This document shows positions 30,259 to 32,000 of a stretch of 32,000 bases of DNA, one piece after another. The position numbers and the translations under genes are program-made. This DNA is from Escherichia coli (GTDB taxonomy: Bacteria > Pseudomonadota > Gammaproteobacteria > Enterobacterales > Enterobacteriaceae), in assembly GCF_014162235.1 (NCBI RefSeq), contig NZ_AP022221.1; one strand, written 5' to 3'. The notes beneath the pieces were generated by a model. The model made no database searches. It was not told where the DNA came from and was given only the letters and a program-made list of their open reading frames with translations. Each line of letters opens with the position of its first letter. The stretch's first letter is position 1.

Positions 30259-31524
30259 TTAAGCTTCAGCCGCCAGCATCTCTTTCTTACGTTGGCTAAT
30301 ACGCTTAACCAGCATTACGGAAACCACCGCACCACAGAATGCGAAGCAGGCCATAATGCCAAACACGATTTTGTAGCCAATAATCCCCGGATTTAAATCC
30401 AGAATGTAGCCATACAGACTGAAGCAGAACATCGCCGGGGCGTAACCAATAAAGCTACCCAACGCCATCGCCGCGCCTGTTTTATTTTCAGCAATTTTTG
30501 CTTCGCCGATAGGTGCAAAAAATACGGCTCGCTGTGTAAAGACTATCGCGCCAAAGCCCAGCGTACATGCCATCCCTAAATATACCGGCATACTTTCGTG
30601 CGGCAGCATAATCAACAGTACGAGCGCAGCGGTACTGATGATAAAGGTGTAGCATAGATATTTACTCGGCGATTTCAGGATCTTATCTGAAATCATGCCA
30701 CCAATCGGTCCACCAATCATTTTCAGACAGTATTGGTTAATGATGCCGTAAGCCCCCACCAGCGCAACGGGCAATAGATAGATGTTTTTCAGGAATGGAA
30801 TGAAGAATGTCAGGCCACAGTAAACCGCGTAAACGAAGAAGACGTTGAAAGCGATAAGCCAGATAGTTTTGTCTTTCAGCACCGAGGTCATACTGGTGTT
30901 TTTCGATGCTCCGTCTTCTTTTTTCACCTCAACGGACGGTGCCTCTTCTTTGTCATTCAGAACAAAGAAAATGATAATGCCTACGGCAATCACAATAAGG
31001 GAATAGAACCAGATGCCTGCTTTAAAACCCAATAAGCCACTGCCAAACCAGGTAAATACTGCCAACGCAGAAAATGCCACCACGGTATCGACAATGCCAC
31101 GCCCTGTTTCGAAGAAGCCAAACAACCGACCTTGTTGTTCGCTATTGCCCAATCGACTTACCGACTTGAGCAAGACCGGCCAGTTCATCATGTCGCAAGT
31201 AACGCCAAATAGCGCCCAGACAAAGAGGATGCCCCAATACCCCGGCATTGTCGTCAAATAAACACCCAGTAATCCTGTCGCAATGAGTGAGAATGACATG
31301 GTGTATCTGCGCGGTAGTTTATCGGCAAAATAAATAGACAGAAAAAAGCCCACTGTCGTGACAAATGAGTTTACCGACATAGCATTACCAATTTGACCAT
31401 TGGTCAAATGGAAATATTCCTGCATCGGGATATAAAACGCATCTTTCAGCGACGGTAATTTATAAATTGTACCGCCACACAATGTTAATAGACTAAATAA
31501 CGCCCATTTCTTTTTCGTGAGCAT
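30259..31524 (-). CDS. yihN: MFS transporter YihN
   Basis: 421 aa, 12-TM MFS; syntenic. Confidence 0.93.
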   Translation of the reverse strand: MLTKKKWALFSLLTLCGGTIYKLPSLKDAFYIPMQEYFHLTNGQIGNAMSVNSFVTTVGFFLSIYFADKLPRRYTMSFSLIATGLLGVYLTTMPGYWGILFVWALFGVTCDMMNWPVLLKSVSRLGNSEQQGRLFGFFETGRGIVDTVVAFSALAVFTWFGSGLLGFKAGIWFYSLIVIAVGIIIFFVLNDKEEAPSVEVKKEDGASKNTSMTSVLKDKTIWLIAFNVFFVYAVYCGLTFFIPFLKNIYLLPVALVGAYGIINQYCLKMIGGPIGGMISDKILKSPSKYLCYTFIISTAALVLLIMLPHESMPVYLGMACTLGFGAIVFTQRAVFFAPIGEAKIAENKTGAAMALGSFIGYAPAMFCFSLYGYILDLNPGIIGYKIVFGIMACFAFCGAVVSVMLVKRISQRKKEMLAAEA

Positions 31525-31625
31525 AACATCCCCTAAGCGATTTTTAAAATCACTGTTTTAAAGGCAATAAGATACCGACCATTCATATGGAATGGTTTTA
31601 TTAACTGCGTATGAGTTAAAACTTA

Positions 31626-32000
31626 TTAGTGGTTCAGAAGATGGTTTGCCTCTTGTTTGATTTGTTGTAGTACGTTACGCACATGATTTATCTGATTAAT
31701 TGCATCTTCTTTTTCTTTACGTAACCGCGCATCCAGTAAATGATTTTCTGGTAGGGGTGTTTCACTCATCTGGCGATAAGGGATCCACGGATTATCATCT
31801 TCGTCTTCAAAGCGGAACGCCGGCGCATAGTAATCAACCTCTTCTTCCAGGCCATATGCCGTCACCTGCGGCTCATCATCACCCAGGCAGATAAGGTGCG
31901 TTAATAACGCTTTGAACGGCATATCACCCTGACCTGAAATACAGGCTTTATGACCCAGGCCACCCTCTTCTTTAACGATCAAGGCATCTTTGATATGGAC
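31626..32000 (-). CDS. yihM: C-terminal part of a sugar phosphate isomerase/epimerase-like protein, probably YihM (runs off right edge)
   Basis: Frame is open to the window edge: VHIKDALIVKEEGGLGHKACISGQGDMPFKALLTHL...; VHIKD...GxGD pattern typical of TIM-barrel sugar isomerases, plus synteny upstream of yihN. Confidence 0.65.
   Translation of the reverse strand, partial: VHIKDALIVKEEGGLGHKACISGQGDMPFKALLTHLICLGDDEPQVTAYGLEEEVDYYAPAFRFEDEDDNPWIPYRQMSETPLPENHLLDARLRKEKEDAINQINHVRNVLQQIKQEANHLLNH

Noticed and set aside
1-32000. CRISPR arrays, IS elements, integrases, retron reverse transcriptases, tRNA/rRNA genes
   Set aside because: I scanned for spaced repeats, transposase/integrase/RT-like ORFs and RNA genes and saw none; the repeats present are REP elements, the bracket repeat and the RHH-gene upstream element.

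Overview
This is a chromosomal window from Escherichia coli or a very close relative, read in the opposite orientation to the K-12 map. Identified in order: the 3' part of frvR, a 5'-truncated yiiG, fdhD, the fdoGHI formate dehydrogenase-O operon with its in-frame UGA (selenocysteine) codon, fdhE, and two ribbon-helix-helix genes (yiiF, yiiE). These are followed by an AT-rich accessory segment (~9.5-14.5 kb), then yiiD, dtd, yihY, yihX, and the sulfoquinovose (sulfoglycolysis) locus yihW/yihV/yihU/yihT/yihS/yihR/yihQ/yihP/yihO, then ompL, yihN and the 3' end of a probable sugar isomerase gene (probably yihM). The main accessory observations are: (1) an orphan 604-aa protein with the catalytic motif CKSAKDRT, characteristic of phosphoinositide phosphatases (SopB/IpgD/INPP4-like), with no visible secretion system; (2) a ~100-bp structured direct repeat bracketing a HigBA-like toxin-antitoxin pair and an esterase, whose reverse-strand form sequesters the Shine-Dalgarno of a 73-aa membrane protein; (3) a conserved upstream sequence shared by yiiF, yiiE and the toxin-antitoxin operon; (4) a TauE/SafE-family permease gene inside the sulfoglycolysis operon, between yihR and yihQ; (5) a decayed PIN-toxin remnant after yiiF; (6) an unannotated 39-aa ORF with a lipobox and a terminator. 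I did not find a complete, clearly novel multi-gene system. The phosphatase and the structured repeat are the best leads.
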